Notes under the pieces: generated by a model
Told to the model about the DNA's origin: nothing
The model's input: the letters and a program-made list of their open reading frames with translations, nothing else
The model's database searches: none
Program-made: the position numbers and the translations under genes
Part shown: positions 1-13,632 of the stretch, piece after piece
How the letters are laid out: each line of letters opens with the position of its first letter
Position numbering within the stretch: the stretch's first letter is position 1
Origin: Octopus vulgaris
Taxonomy: Eukaryota
Assembly: GCA_951406725.2 (NCBI GenBank)
Contig: OX597818.1
Coordinates: forward strand, 127,782,001 to 127,846,000
Reading direction: 5' to 3'
Length of the DNA: 64,000 nt

Positions 1-2282
1 TACTCAGTCAGCTGTTTGAATTGAACTGTGTTCACCACATGTGCATGCATAAATTGCATGAAAAATAAAAAATCAAGATATAAAAACGAATCACCATAAA
101 CATTGTAGAAATTCGGCAAAGAAATGAATTTTCGGGATGTAACCTGGAGGGTTTTTTCGTATTAATTGTTTGGACTTTGTGAACACATACCAATTATTTT
201 CATAACATTTTTAACGCTTTGAATTAAATGTGACCATTTTGCGTTTTGAATTGCTTTAACCAAATTTTAGCAGGCCGGATTTTTGATCATCACGATACAT
301 CGCCAGCGACTCCCTGAAACTCACCCCTGAAATCCCCGTTGAGCCGGGCAATACTGCTAGTATATATATATAGCCATCCTAGTTGGATAAGAGAGAGAGG
401 AGATGGTGGTGAAGATGCATCAAGGTATACCCTCAGGTATGTCTGCAAGAGTGTGTAAACCGAGTGGCAGGTGGATAGAAATGAAGACAAAAAAATTATT
501 TAACCTTTTGGTATTTAATCCATCCATATCCAACCCAAATATTCTACCTGTTTTATGTCAAAATGACCAGATCCAACCTCTCACACCTACCCTACAATAT
601 CATTCTGAAAATATACAAACACACCGTTTTGAAGCTAGAGTGGGGTGCTTTGGGTAATACAAAATACAGGAGGATCAATTAATTGTGATTTTATTCAACA
701 TATTCCCCTCTCAGATCCACACACTTATTGCAGTGGCCCTTCAGTTTTTCTAAGCTCTGTGAAAGAACTCAAAAGGTTGGGCCTCCAACCAGGCTTTTCA
801 GGATACCCTGAAAGCCAGGATCTTTTCAGCACCCACTCATACAAAATGTGATTAATTCAAAACAATGGGAATAAATAAACCTGAATGCTAAATAAAATAA
901 ATTAAAGTGGTTTGTTGTTTAGTCCAAGTCAAACTGACCTGTGTTCAAATGAATTCCAACCATGACCATCCTGCCATTTTCTGGAGGAGAATAGTCTATC
1001 TAAAACTACAATATCCACTGTGTCTTTCCACTTTTTTTTTGAGGGGGGGGATGATAAGGTGCAATTTTAGGGAGACTTGTCTAACTAGTGGCTAAACAAT
1101 AATACCACTGACCTGAGTCAATGACAAAATTTATACATGATCCCCCAGTTTACCCCACCCAAAAAAAAAATTATCATCATCAGTTTAACATCTATTTTTC
1201 CATACCTGCATGAGCTGGACAGAATTTTATCGAGGTGAATTTTCCATGGCCAGGTGCTCTTCCTATTGCCAACCCTCTCCTGTTTCCAAGCAAGGTAATA
1301 TTCCCCTATGACCCTTTGACCAGACATCATGTGATGTCAAAGCAAAGAGACACTAACATTCACAAGACACTGGTCGACCTGGGGTTATAGTAGAAGACAC
1401 TTGCACAAGGTGCTACAGTGGGACTGAACCCGGAAACTTATGGTTGGGAAGCAAGCTTTTCACCACACAGCCACCAAATCACAATTTTCTGCCTTATAGC
1501 AGAGAAGAAACACTGGATAATATAATCATAGCTAAGTGCCTGATACAAAGACAAAATGGCTGATCATAAGGTTCTCAAACAGGGATAACCTGAGACTAAA
1601 CAATATTTCACTTTTATCATCAGCATTTACGTCTGTTTTTCTATGCTGGCATGGGTTGAACGGTTTGACAGAAGCTGACCAGGTGAAGGCCATTCAGGTT
1701 CCATGCCTGTTTCGGCATGGTTTTCCATGGCTGGATGCCCTTCTTAATGCCAACCATTTTACAGTGTTTACTAGGTGCTTTTACGCAGCACCAGTATGTG
1801 GTACCAACACTTACAAACTTATGAGATTAGGGGTGCTCAGCTGGAGAGGATTGCAAGGGTCCAAAAAATACAACTTTGATCATCATCATTATTTTTAACA
1901 CCCCATTTCCATGTTCACATGCATCAGATAGTATTTGTCAAGGCAGATTTTCTATAACCAGATTCCATTCCTGTCACCTAACACTCACCTGTTTCCAAGT
2001 AAGGCAATACAGGTAATATGTCCTGATGACCAGACATCTTTTCATAGAATATTGGAAATCAAGGATGCTGCATGCATGATAGCCACACTCGTTAGCATCA
2101 TGTGATGTCAAGACATGGAGACAGTAACATGCACATGGCTGTATGGTAAGAAGCTTGCTTCACAACCACATGGTTCTGGGTTCAGTCCCACTACATGGCA
2201 CCTTGGGCAAATGTCTTCTAATATAGCTTCGGGACAACCAAAGATTTGTGAGTGGATTTGGTAGACGGAAACTGAAAGAAGC

Positions 2283-2331
<49 letters not shown>

Positions 2332-2376
2332 TCATCATCATTTAGCGTCCGCTTTCCATGCTAGCATGGGTTGGAC

Positions 2377-2416
<40 letters not shown>

Positions 2417-2948
2417 TTATATGTGTCTTTGTATGTGTACATACATTTATATGTGTCTTTGTATGTGTTTGTCCCCCCCCCCACCATCACTTGACAACCG
2501 ATGTTGATGTGTTTACGTCCCTGTAACCTAGTGGTTCAGCAAAAGAAACCAATAGAATAAGCACTTGGCTTACAAGGAATAAATCCTGGGGGTCAATTTC
2601 TTCGACTAAAACCCTTTTAAAGTGGTGCTCCAGCATGGTCACAGTCAAATGACTGAAACATATAAAAGAATAAAACAACATGCATGCGCACACACACACA
2701 CACAGCAAGCTTCTTTCAGTTTCCGTCTGTCGAATCCACTCACAAGACTTTGGTCAGCGCAGGGCTATAGAAGATAACACTTGCCATGCAGTAAGGCTGA
2801 ACCTGAAACCCAAGTGATTGGGATACCATCTTCTTATCACACACCCATGCTTGTGCATGTAAAAAAAAAAAAGAAAGAAAAAAGGAAAAAACAAAGCAAA
2901 ACCAAATAAAGACAAAACAAATAAACCATAAAAGAGGGTGTGACTTAC

Positions 2949-3068
2949 CAACATAAGGCAAATAGGTCTCACTATCAACTGGCTCTGGAAGGATAACAAT
3001 TGCATCATCGGATTCTATAGAATGCTGGAATATGGAAAGTTTCTCCTCAATACAACCAGATATGGAAT
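2949..3068 (-). CDS. KIAA2013: Coding exon 3 of KIAA2013-like gene (NSISGCIEEKLSIFQHSIESDDAIVILPEPVDSETYLPYVG)
   Basis: Acceptor poly-T-ag, donor TTG|gtaagt, 120 nt, phase 1/1, in frame with exon 2. The C..ekL..F and YLPYVG(NG) pattern after a type II anchor matches my recollection of invertebrate KIAA2013/DUF2152 homologs. The gene continues beyond the window. Confidence 0.8.
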
Positions 3069-3139
3069 CTAAAAAAAAAAAAGTACAATGTCAAAAAATT
3101 ACAAATGTTACAAAAATAAAAATAAATAAAATACAGGTA

Positions 3140-3690
3140 TCATCATCATCATTTAACGTCCGCTTTCCATGCTGGCATGGGTTGGACGGTTCAACTAGGG
3201 TCTGGGAAGCCAGAAGGCTGCACCAGGCTCCAGTCTGATCTGGCAGTGTTTCTACAGCTGGATGCCCTTCCTAACGCCAACCACTCCGTGAGTGTAGTGG
3301 GTGCTTTTTATGTGCCACCGGCACAGGTGCCAGACGAGGTTGGCGAACGCCACGCTCGGATGATGTTTTTTTTTGTGCCACCGACACAGGTGCCAGACGA
3401 GGCTGGCGAACGGCCACGCTCGGATGGTGTTTTTTTTGTGCCACCGACACAGGTGCCAGACGAGGCTGGCGAACGGCCACGCTCGGATGGTGTTTTTTTT
3501 TGTGCCACCGACACAGGTGCCAGACGAGGCTGGCGAACGGCCACGCTCAGATGGTGTTTTTTTTTTGTGCCACCGACACAGGTGCCAGACGAGGCTGGCG
3601 AACGGCCACGCTCGGATGGTGTTTTTTTTGTGCCACCGACACAGATGCCAGACGAGGCTGGCAAACGGCCACGATCGGATGGTGCCACAA
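3140..3690 (-). mobile_element. RTE LINE 3' end with about six tandem units of about 63 bp
   Basis: (CAT)n start, conserved 3' terminal block, repeated gtgccaccgacacaggtgccagacgaggctggcgaacggccacgctcggatggtg(t)n. Confidence 0.85.
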
Positions 3691-6533
3691 TAAAAAATGG
3701 TGGATTTTGATACTGTTATTTTGATAAAAGTAGGACACCTAACTAGGGTGACGTTCATATTTTATGCTTACTTTTCCATGCTGTATGTGTTAAATAAATT
3801 TTCATATAATTTCTAACACAAAGCTATTTGTGCATAAAATATTAACACACACACACATATATCACACCGAACAATATATCATTGATTACAGCATATAACT
3901 GATCAATATGTTATTGTTGGTTCTATGCCAACTGTTGCATATACTGATGACTTTTCAGACATGATGTCTGGTAGTAGCATGTCTGAAGAGTTGTCAGTAT
4001 TGCCTGATACAAAAGTCAACACAAAACAGATGGCAACACTCTGACCAGTTATAAAACATGACCAGTAATATACTGCTGAATGAGATATAAAAATACAACA
4101 GCTCTATTATTTATGTTGAGTGTGGACAGCTATCCAATAGTGTCTATGTGTGTGTGTGTATGTGTGTGTATGTGTATGTGTGTGTATGTGTATGTGTGTG
4201 TATGTGTATGTGTGTGTATGTGTATGTGTGTGTGTATGTGTGTGTGTGTGTGTAGAATCTATCCAATAATGTATGTAAGTATATATGTATACCTATTTCT
4301 TTATTACCCACAAGGGGCTAAACAAAGAGGGGACAAACAAGGACAGACATAGGTATTAAGTCGATTACATCGACCCAGTGTGTAACTGGTACTTAATTTA
4401 TCGACCCCGAAAGGATGAAACGCAAAGTCGACCACAGCGGAATTTGAACCCAGAACGTAACAGCAGACGAAATACCTATTTCTTTACTACGCACAAGGGG
4501 CTAAACAAGGACAGACAAACATCGACCCCAGTGCGTAACTGGTACTTAATTTATCGACCCCGAAAGGATGAAAGGCAAAGTCGACCTTGGCGGAATTTGA
4601 ACCCACAACGTAACGACAGACGAAATACGGCTACGCATTTCGCCCGACGTGCTAACGTTTCTGCCAGCTCACCGCCTTAAGTATATATGTAAGTATATGT
4701 AAGTATATATGTAAGTATATATGTATACCATGATCATACTAGCAAGAGTCAAAAAGGTATTTTAAACAGTACTCTAATGCCTGTACATCTGGTGGTGGTG
4801 GTGGTGTGTGTGTGTGTGTGTGTGTGTATGAACGCACTGCATTTATATGTATAATGAAATAATTCCACACTACCGTCTTAAAAAAAAGGGGCTGGGGGTA
4901 CTTTACATAGAGTAATATCAGATACACAATATCTGAAAAACAAAGAAGAAAGCATTGTCCACAGGTGGAATGCCTTTAATTATAGGTCTACTCGGGCTAA
5001 ACTATAATGTTCTTTTCTAATTTCAGCACAAGGGCAGCAATTTTGAGAGGAAGAGGCAAGTCAACTGCATTGACCCTAGTGTTCAAATGGTACTTATTTT
5101 ATTGACCCCCAAAAGGACGAAAGGCAAAGTTGGCCTCAGTGGATAAAGAGCTGAAAGAAATACCACTAATCATTTTGTATAGCTTGGCAACAATTCTGCC
5201 TGCTCACCACCTAAGTTATAATATCAGTAATTAACAAGGGCTCTTACAGTTAATAACAGCTTTTTTTAACTAAAAATTTTGTTGAACACAGTATTATTAT
5301 TTGTATAGGAACAACACTGTGTTGACTACAATCCCTGTATTTCTCTATCCAAGTTGCTATCATACCTACGATTCTTGACTTCAAGCTGACACCAGATGGT
5401 CATAAAACTTATTTCTTTACCCCTACTTGACATCAAGTAGCTACAATAATGGTTTTTTATGTTCATTTTGATACATAAGTGTGAAAAACTTGTTCAATTA
5501 ACATACAGAGCAGTTGAATACTCCATAAACACATAATTTTCAGATGGATGGATGGAAGCACTCCGTCGGTTACGACGACGAGGGTTCCGGTTGATCCGAT
5601 CAACGGAACAGCCTGCTCGTGAAATTAACGTGTAAGTGGCTGAGCATTCCACACACACGTGTACCCTTAACGTAGTTCTCGGGGATATTCAGCGTGACAC
5701 AAAGAGTGACAAGGCCGGCCCTTTGAAATACAGGTACAACAGAAACAGGAAGTAAGAGTGAGAGAAAGTTGTGGTGAAAGAGTACAGCAGGGATCACCAC
5801 CATCCCTGCCGGAACCTCATGGAGCTTTAGGTGTTTTCGCTCAATAAACACTCACAACGCCCGGTCTGGGAATCGAAACCGCGATCCTACGACCACGAGT
5901 CCGCTGCCCTAACCACTGGGCCATTGCACCTCCAATTTTCAGATAGAGCCAATATGACAAGACCGGTCCATTGAACTGGTACAGTCTATCCAACGAGCTT
6001 TATATAGTTTCATTCATTCACAAATGAATGGGTTGACCTGAGATTATGGTAAATACACTTGCCCAAGATGCTTCACAGTGCTATTGGAGGAATGATTGGG
6101 CCTGGCTGTTTGGACACTCGTGGTTTAGTACAACTGACTGACCATTCGGGTTGTTTTGGCACTGGAGGGAAAACACACACAAACACACATGCATGCACAT
6201 ACTGAAATATACAGATAAAAGTAAAGAGACACACACAAACGTAACTAAATGCTCAAACACTTATCAAGAATTGATCGGTGATAACACAGGTCAATGATCA
6301 TCAAAACTTCTGCTTGAACCACAAAAGCACACCCCAGCAACCATCCATAAAGCTCAGGACAATTTGGGCTCACAAAATGGGACCTATTTTATTGGGTGGT
6401 GTGCAAATAGAAAGTGCAGTTTGCATAAAATGTTATATATTGATCTTTGTTTACTAGGGTGTTAAATGAACCAGTGATAAATGTATAATAGAAAATAAGA
6501 GGGAGGGAGGGAGGGATGGAGGGAGAGAGATAG

Positions 6534-6601
<68 letters not shown>

Positions 6602-7019
6602 TGTGTGTGTGTGTTTTTTATCATTTTAATATCCACACTTTTCCATGCTTGTATAGTTGGTAGCAGAAAGAGTTGTCCAAAGTAGAATCCTACTTCAGGT
6701 AAAGTTCATCCAACCCTATACTGGCATGGGGAAATGGACATGAGTGAATGAGTAATTGCCAGAGTACATTGTGGAACTGAAAGCAATCTGTGACATTGCT
6801 CAGGGGTGATAGAAGCTCAGGTGGTTTTGACTAGCTTCTTTTTTAACAAAACTCCACAGGAGTGGCTGTGTGGTAAGTAGGTTGCTTACCAACCACATGG
6901 TTCCGGGTTCAGTCCCAGTGCGTGGCATCTTGGGCAAGTGTCTTCTGCTATAGCCCCGGGCCGACCAATGCCTTGTGAGTGGATTTGGTATACGGAAACT
7001 GAAAGAAGCCTGTCGTATA

Positions 7020-8926
7020 TTTTTTTATAGGGATATTTATATTTATTTATTTGTATGGGTGTGGGAGTGAATATTTTGATGTATATATTGAGGTTTGTAC
7101 GTATGTATATGTATGTGTGAGTGGAGTGGGTATATGTATATGTAGTGGGTGTGTGTTTTACGTGTGTGTATTTGTGTGTGAATGTATAGATAGGGGGATT
7201 GCTATATAGGTATGTTATAGTGTTTAGTAAAGGGAGATTTTATCGTTATATGTATATATGAGTTTTCGTTTATCATGGTAGTTTTATTAAAGAATTTGTA
7301 GTAATTTCTGTCTGTTTAAGTGTTTAACTTATTATTCCATTTATTCCATTCATAATTTTAAATAACGTTCGTTCTCCACGCGCAAAGAATTTTATAATTC
7401 CATTCTGTTCCATTCATAATTTTAAATGACGTTCGTTCACCGAGCTAAGAATTTTTATAAATATGTTCGGTTTCTATGGTAACGTAATTTTGTTTAAAGT
7501 TATAACGGCTAGAGTTTGAATTCACTTCATAAATTAAAACAGATTAGGAGGTATGTATTTTTTCTCCTTATGTTAATCTTGTTACTTATGATAATCTGGT
7601 TACTTATGGAGTATTTTATATATCGTATTATGTGTAGATATGTTGTTTTTCTTTTGAGTGTTTATGTATGTGTGAATGTGTGTGTGTGTGCGTATTTGGT
7701 TGTGTAATTTATTTATCTATATGGGTGTGGGTGTGAATATATTGTTGTATATATCGAGTTTAGTACGTATGTATATGTATATGTGAGGGGGTATATGTAT
7801 ATGTTATGGGTGTGTGTTTTACGTATGTGTATTTTTGTGTGTGAATGTATTATGGGGATTGCTATATAGGTATTATTGTGTATGGTAAAGGGTGTTTTAT
7901 CATTATATGTATATATGGGTTTCATTATCATGATTGGTTTATTAATGATTTTGGAGTAAATTCTGTATATTTACGTTGATTAAATATTATTCCATTCTTT
8001 CCATTCATAATTTTTAAAAAAACGTTCGATCACCACGCGCAAAGAATTGTTTATTTTTCTTTTGAGTGTTTATGTATGTATGAATGTGTGTGTGTGTGTG
8101 TGTGTGTGATTGTTTGCGTAATTTATTTATCTGTATGGGTGTGGGTGTGAATATATTGGTGTATATATCGAGTTCTGTATGTATGTATATGTATGTGTGA
8201 GCGGGTATATGTATATTGTTTATGACTGTGGGTTGTATGTGTGTGTGAGGGAGTATGAATAAGTCATGTGTTGAAGTATTTGGCTATATTATTAATTTAT
8301 TAATTTATCGTTGCCTAGACATTTTTATGTGTGTGTATAGAGATATATATATTGGTGTGTGAGTTAGTGTATGTATTTAGATATGGTTATATATACTTAG
8401 TTATATGTGTATGAGCATGTGTGTATAAATAGTTTATTTTTATTTTGTTTTTGTTTTTGTTTGTTTTTGTATTTTTGTTTTTTGTCTTTTGTTTTTTGTT
8501 TTTGTTTTTTTTTTGTTTTTTGTACGTCTTTAAATATGAGAACTTTAATAATAGGTTTCTTTATATTCAATTGTTTATAGGGTTTATTTTAGATTATATA
8601 TTGATTATATATAGATTATATATAGATTATATATATTTATATTTTTCATTGATAATTTTATTATTTTAAACTTATATTTTAATATATTGATATTTTAGAT
8701 CGAAAATCCACCTGACGAATGTCATTGAAGACATGAAACGATTGTAGTGGCGGTTTATTTCTTTATATTAAAATTTTTTATGTATTGATTAAGTCTTTCC
8801 TTGTTTGTTTTGCAAAATAGTGGTTTTGTCTCGAATTAATATTATATAATATTTTACTATAAAATTGGATTTAATCCTATATCTGATTTTTTCCCTGTAA
8901 ATTTGGATTTATTCCCTAATATTTAT

Positions 8927-8930
<4 letters not shown>
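7020..8930 (+). mobile_element. AT/GT-rich non-coding element (Penelope-like 3' region or retrozyme-like) inserted in the (TA)n of a SINE
   Basis: Splits a SINE (5' half 6858-7020, 3' half 8930-9197). Contains internal direct duplications and the hammerhead at 8708-8750, about 180 bp from its end. No ORF. Confidence 0.55.
8708..8750 (+). ncRNA. Minimal type I hammerhead ribozyme
   Basis: CCAC-CUGACGA-AUGUC(AUUGAA)GACAU-GAAAC(GAUU)GUA-GUGG: stem I CCAC/GUGG, intact core, 5-bp stem II, minimal stem III, GUA cleavage triplet. Confidence 0.8.
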
Positions 8931-8982
<52 letters not shown>

Positions 8983-9197
8983 ATATGTTTGTGTGTCTGT
9001 GTTTGTTCCCCTAGCATTGCTTGACAACCAATGCTGGTGTGTTTACGTCCCTGTCACTTAGCGGTTCGGCAAAAGAGACTGATATAATAAGTACTGGGCT
9101 TACAAAAGAATAAGTCCCGGGGCTGATTTGCTCGACTAAAGGCGGTGCTCCAGCATGGCCACAGTCAAATGACTGAAACAAGTAAAAGAGTAAAGAG

Positions 9198-9900
9198 AGA
9201 TTCTCTGTGGGGGTTCAAGCTGGGTGAGTTACCAGACCATAGAAGTATGTGATAATTAATAAATCAGGCAGTGGTTGTTTTGGCAGTTGTTTTCAAGTGT
9301 CAGATGCTAGGGGAAGAAATTCCACAATTCCAAATAATTTACTGGTCGAAAGAAGCATGAAGTACTCCAAGATCACATACAATGACAGCATCCTGAAGGA
9401 ACAGAGGTCCAATACCTACATCTGACATGGCATCACAAACTAACACTATCTGTAGGAACTTGATGCTGAACTTCAAACAGAATGGATTGCAAGCTTCACC
9501 AAGCCTTCCTTCAAACTCTGCAGTCTTAGCTTCCAAAATTTTATTGGATCAGAAAACACTTTAGACCTCTATTCTACATGTCACTTCCTTAGCACAAGTT
9601 GAAACCACTTGTGATACTCTCTACCATTGCTGGTCACTTGGCTGTAGTACCCTATTTCTTGAAACTGTCTGTAATAGTTGGTTCTTGATGCACTAACTCC
9701 AACAGCTGTCCTCTTTTTAAGGATTTCTCCCACATTGCCAAACCTGCTCCTTTTCATGGTTCTTTTGAGAATATTGTCAAACCTCTTGATTCAACATCTC
9801 TGTCTGCCACATCATGTTCTTCTAAGATGATGTTCCAAAGAGATACTTTCACAAAGAACTCTGAAAACAAACTGCTTTTTTTCAAGAAAAACCTTCTGTG
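9198..9900 (-). pseudogene. Decayed Tc1-like transposase
   Basis: Fragments GVSASRT, GEACNPFCLKFSIKF, MSDVGIGPL, LEYFML, TAKTT and WSGNSPSLNP (cf. WPANSPDLNP), with many frameshifts and stops. Confidence 0.75.
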
Positions 9901-10689
9901 TCTTCCTCTTTTAATAGAGTGCATCAAAAACTACATAAAAGTACTGGCTGAATAAGTATTACTCAAATAAGTTCAGATAATATCACTGGAACATTTTGAG
10001 ATAAGCAGAAGCCTCATATTTGTTTGTACTGTTGTTAGTATAATCAACCTAGAAATTAGCGGAATCATTCACTAAAGGAAATGAAACACTTCTGCTGCAT
10101 CATTTACAGATAAGAATAATTTTTCTGAATATTCATTTATCTTTTTTTTTTTGTTTTTAATATATATTTCTTTACTACCCACAAGGGGCTAACCACAGAG
10201 GGGACAAACAAGGGCAGACAAACAGATTAAGTCGATTACATTGACCCCAGTGCGTAACTGGTACTTAATTTATCGACCCTGAAAGGATGAAAGGCAAAGT
10301 CGACCTCGGCGGAGTTTGAACTCAGAACGTAACGGCAGACGAAATACAGCTATGCATTTCGCCCAGCATGCTAACGATTCTGCCAGCTCGCCGCCTTTTG
10401 TTTTTAATATACGTTACTGAGACCCACATATATTCTAGACAACAGATGTAGCGCTAAATGAAATCAGAAACAATAAAACAAACCCCTCAATAAAGAAGAA
10501 TAGATGTAACATGCAAACACCATTCTACACCTATAAAATACAAGACTACCAACACCTCAGCAGCACAGAGGTGTGTCTGCTGGTACACCAACAGCTCACA
10601 CAAAACTGATGAAAACAACTAATAACAACTTTCAAATTTTGGCACACGGCCTAGTAGTTTAGTGGGGAACCACTCGCACCGTGAAGGGA

Positions 10690-11407
10690 ACTGACCTCTA
10701 ACTGTAGAAGAAAACCTGTGGAAGAGGTAGACCCAGGAAGATGTGGATGAGGTGGTAAAATATGATCTTCAGATGTTGAGATGATGACAAGTGACTGAGA
10801 TTTTTGGTGATTTGCTGTGCATGAAAAGACACATCAAGCTATGTGAAATCATAGTTGTGGACAGTGCCACATAAAAGGCACCTGTGCCGGTGACACGTGA
10901 AGGACACCCATGCCGGTGACTCGTGAAGGAGTAAAAGACACCAATTTTGGTGACACATGAAGGACACCCGTGCCGGTGACACGTGAAGGACACCCGTGCC
11001 GGTGACACGTGAAGGACACCCGTGCCGGTGACACGTGAAGGACACCCGTGCCGGTGACACGTGAAGGACACCCGTGCCGGTGACACGTGAAGGACACCCG
11101 TGCCGGTGACACATGAAGGACACCTGTGCCGGTGACAAATGAAGGACACCCATGCTGGTGACACATGAAGGACAGCCATGTTGGTGACATGTAAAAGGCA
11201 CCTCAGCTGGTAACACATGAAAGGCACCCGTACTGGTGACACATGAAGGACACCTGTGCCAGTGACACGTAAAAGCACCTGGTACACTCTGTGGAGCGGT
11301 TGGCGTTAGGAAGGACATCCAGCAGTAGAAACCAAGCCAAAAGAGATTCCAGTCAAACCATCTAACCCATGCCAGCATGGAAAACAGACGCTACATGATG
11401 ATGATGA
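10690..11407 (+). mobile_element. RTE LINE 3' end with a 26-bp minisatellite (about 10870-11280)
   Basis: RGRPRKMW remnant, about 15 copies of gtgccggtgacacgtgaaggacaccc, (GAT)n tail. Confidence 0.85.
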
Positions 11408-12882
11408 AGAGGTTAGTCAATTACATCAATCCCAGTATTTGACTAATGACTCTAAAAGGGAGGAAAGGAAAGTTGACCTTAGCAGTATTTGAATGCAGAA
11501 CATCAGAACCAGAAGAAATGCCACTAAGCATTTAGTCTGATGCAGTAACAATTCCTCCAGCTCAATCTTTAGCATTTAAACCAACCACATCCAACCCAAA
11601 TATTCTATCTGTTTCATGTTCAAATCAGCCATATCTGGCTTGTCACACATACTCTACTATGTCTATTTCTTTACTACCCACAAGGGGCTAAACACAGAGA
11701 GGACAAACAAGGACAGAGACAAACGGATTAAGTAGATTATATCGACTCCAGTGCGTAACTGGTACTTATATTTATCGACCCCGAAAGGATGAAAGGCAAA
11801 GTCAACCTCGGCAGAATTTGAACTCAGAACGTAACGGCAGACGAAATACTTATTTCTTTACTACCCACAAAGGGCTAAACACAGAGAGGACAAACAAGGA
11901 CAGACAAATGGATTAAGTCGATTATATCGACTCCAGTGCGTAACTGGTACTTAATTTATCAATCCCGAAAGGATGAAAGGCAAAGTCAACCTCGGCAGAA
12001 TTTGAACTCAGAACGTAACGCCAGACGAAATACTTATTTCTTTACTACCCACAAGGGGCTAAACACAGAGAGGACAAACAAGGACAGACAAATGGATTAA
12101 GTCGATTATATCGACTCCAGTGCGTAACTGGTACTTAATTTATCAATCCCGAAAGGATGAAAGGCAAAGTCGACCTCGGCAGAATTTGAACTCAGAACGT
12201 AACGGCAGACGAAATACCGCAAAGCATTTCGCCCGGCATGCTAAAGTTTCTGCCAGCTCTCCGTCTTATACTCTTCTATGTCATTTACCTTAATACTTCA
12301 CTGGTACTTTATTTTACAAACCCCAAAAGGATGAGAGGCAAAATTAACCTCAGCAGGGATTGAACTCAAAATATGAGCTCATAAAAATACTGCAAAACAT
12401 TTCGTCCAATGTTCTAATGATTCAGCCAGCTCCTCACCACCACCACCACCACCATCATGAAAGGTAAAGTTGATCTTGACAAAGTTGGAACACTATCCAA
12501 CACTAATGACAGCCAATTGACCACCTTCATAATACTAATAATGATGATGATGATGATAAAAATAATCCTTTCTAGAAGGCCTGAAATTTGGGGAGAGGGA
12601 GCTAGTCATCTGATACTCATTTCATCAACTATGAAATAGTGAAAGTAAAGGTGATCTTGGTGGAATAATAATAATAATCGTCTGTACAAAAGGCACAATT
12701 TTGTGGGAGAAGACTATAGTCACTTACACTGACCCAAGTGCTCATCTGATATTTATTTTAACGACCCCGAAAGGATGAAAGGCAAAGCCAGCCTCAGCAG
12801 CATTTGAACTTAGAATATCAAGCCAAAAGAGATGTCACTAAGCATTTTGTCCACTGCAGTAACAATTCTGCCACCTTACCAC

Positions 12883-13632
12883 ATCATCATCATCGTCATA
12901 GTTTAACATCCGCTTTCCAAGCTGGCATGGGTTGGACGGTTTGATCGAAGACTGGCAAGCTAGATGGCTGCACCAGGCTCCAATCTGATCTGGCAGAGTT
13001 TCTACAGCTGGATGCTCTTCCTAACGCCAACCACTCTGAGAGTGTAGTGGGTGCTTTTACGTGCCACTGGCATGAGGGCCAGTCAGGTGGTACTGGCAAC
13101 AGTCACGCTCAAATGGTGTTTTTTACGTGCCACCTGCACAGGAGCTAGTCCAGCGGCACTGGCAACAACTTTGCTCAAATGTTGTTTTTCACGTGACACT
13201 GGCATAAGTGCCAGTACGGTGACGCTGGTAACAATCACATTCAAATGGTGCTTTTTACATGCCACCGGCACAGAAGCCAGTCAGCGGTCCTGGCAATTAT
13301 CACGCTCAGATGGTGCTCTTAGTGCTCCACTTGCACGGATACCAGTCATGCGGTGCTGTCATCAAATTTGATTTCGATTTCACTTGTCTCAACAGGTCTT
13401 CGCAAGCAGAGTTTAGTGTCCAATGAAGGAAAGGTACGTATAAGTGGGCTGGATACACCATGGAATAGGCCATGGGTTATGATCTCACTTTCCTTGCCAG
13501 GTCTTCTCAAGCACAACATATTTCCAAAGGTCTCGGTGAGGCCTAATGTTCAAAGGTCGTGCTTCACCACCTCATCCCAGGTCTTCTTGTGTCTACCTCT
13601 TCCACAGATTCCCACAACCGCTAGGGTGTGAC
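12883..13632 (-). mobile_element. RTE LINE 3' end (other copies at about 22060-22332 +, 22778-23122 -, 31687-32000 -, 32313-32640 +, 42397-42800 -, 49521-49750 -, 53574-53793 -)
   Basis: Shared terminal sequence (cat)n-ttaacgtccgctttccatgctagcatgggttggacgg and a GRGRHKKTWDEVVKHDL remnant. Confidence 0.8.

Noticed and set aside
3177-3758. Stacked 100-177 aa ORFs (also 10769-11378, 26086-26610)
   Set aside because: Translations of tandem repeats in RTE 3' UTRs. They are open in several frames on both strands and show no protein-like signal.
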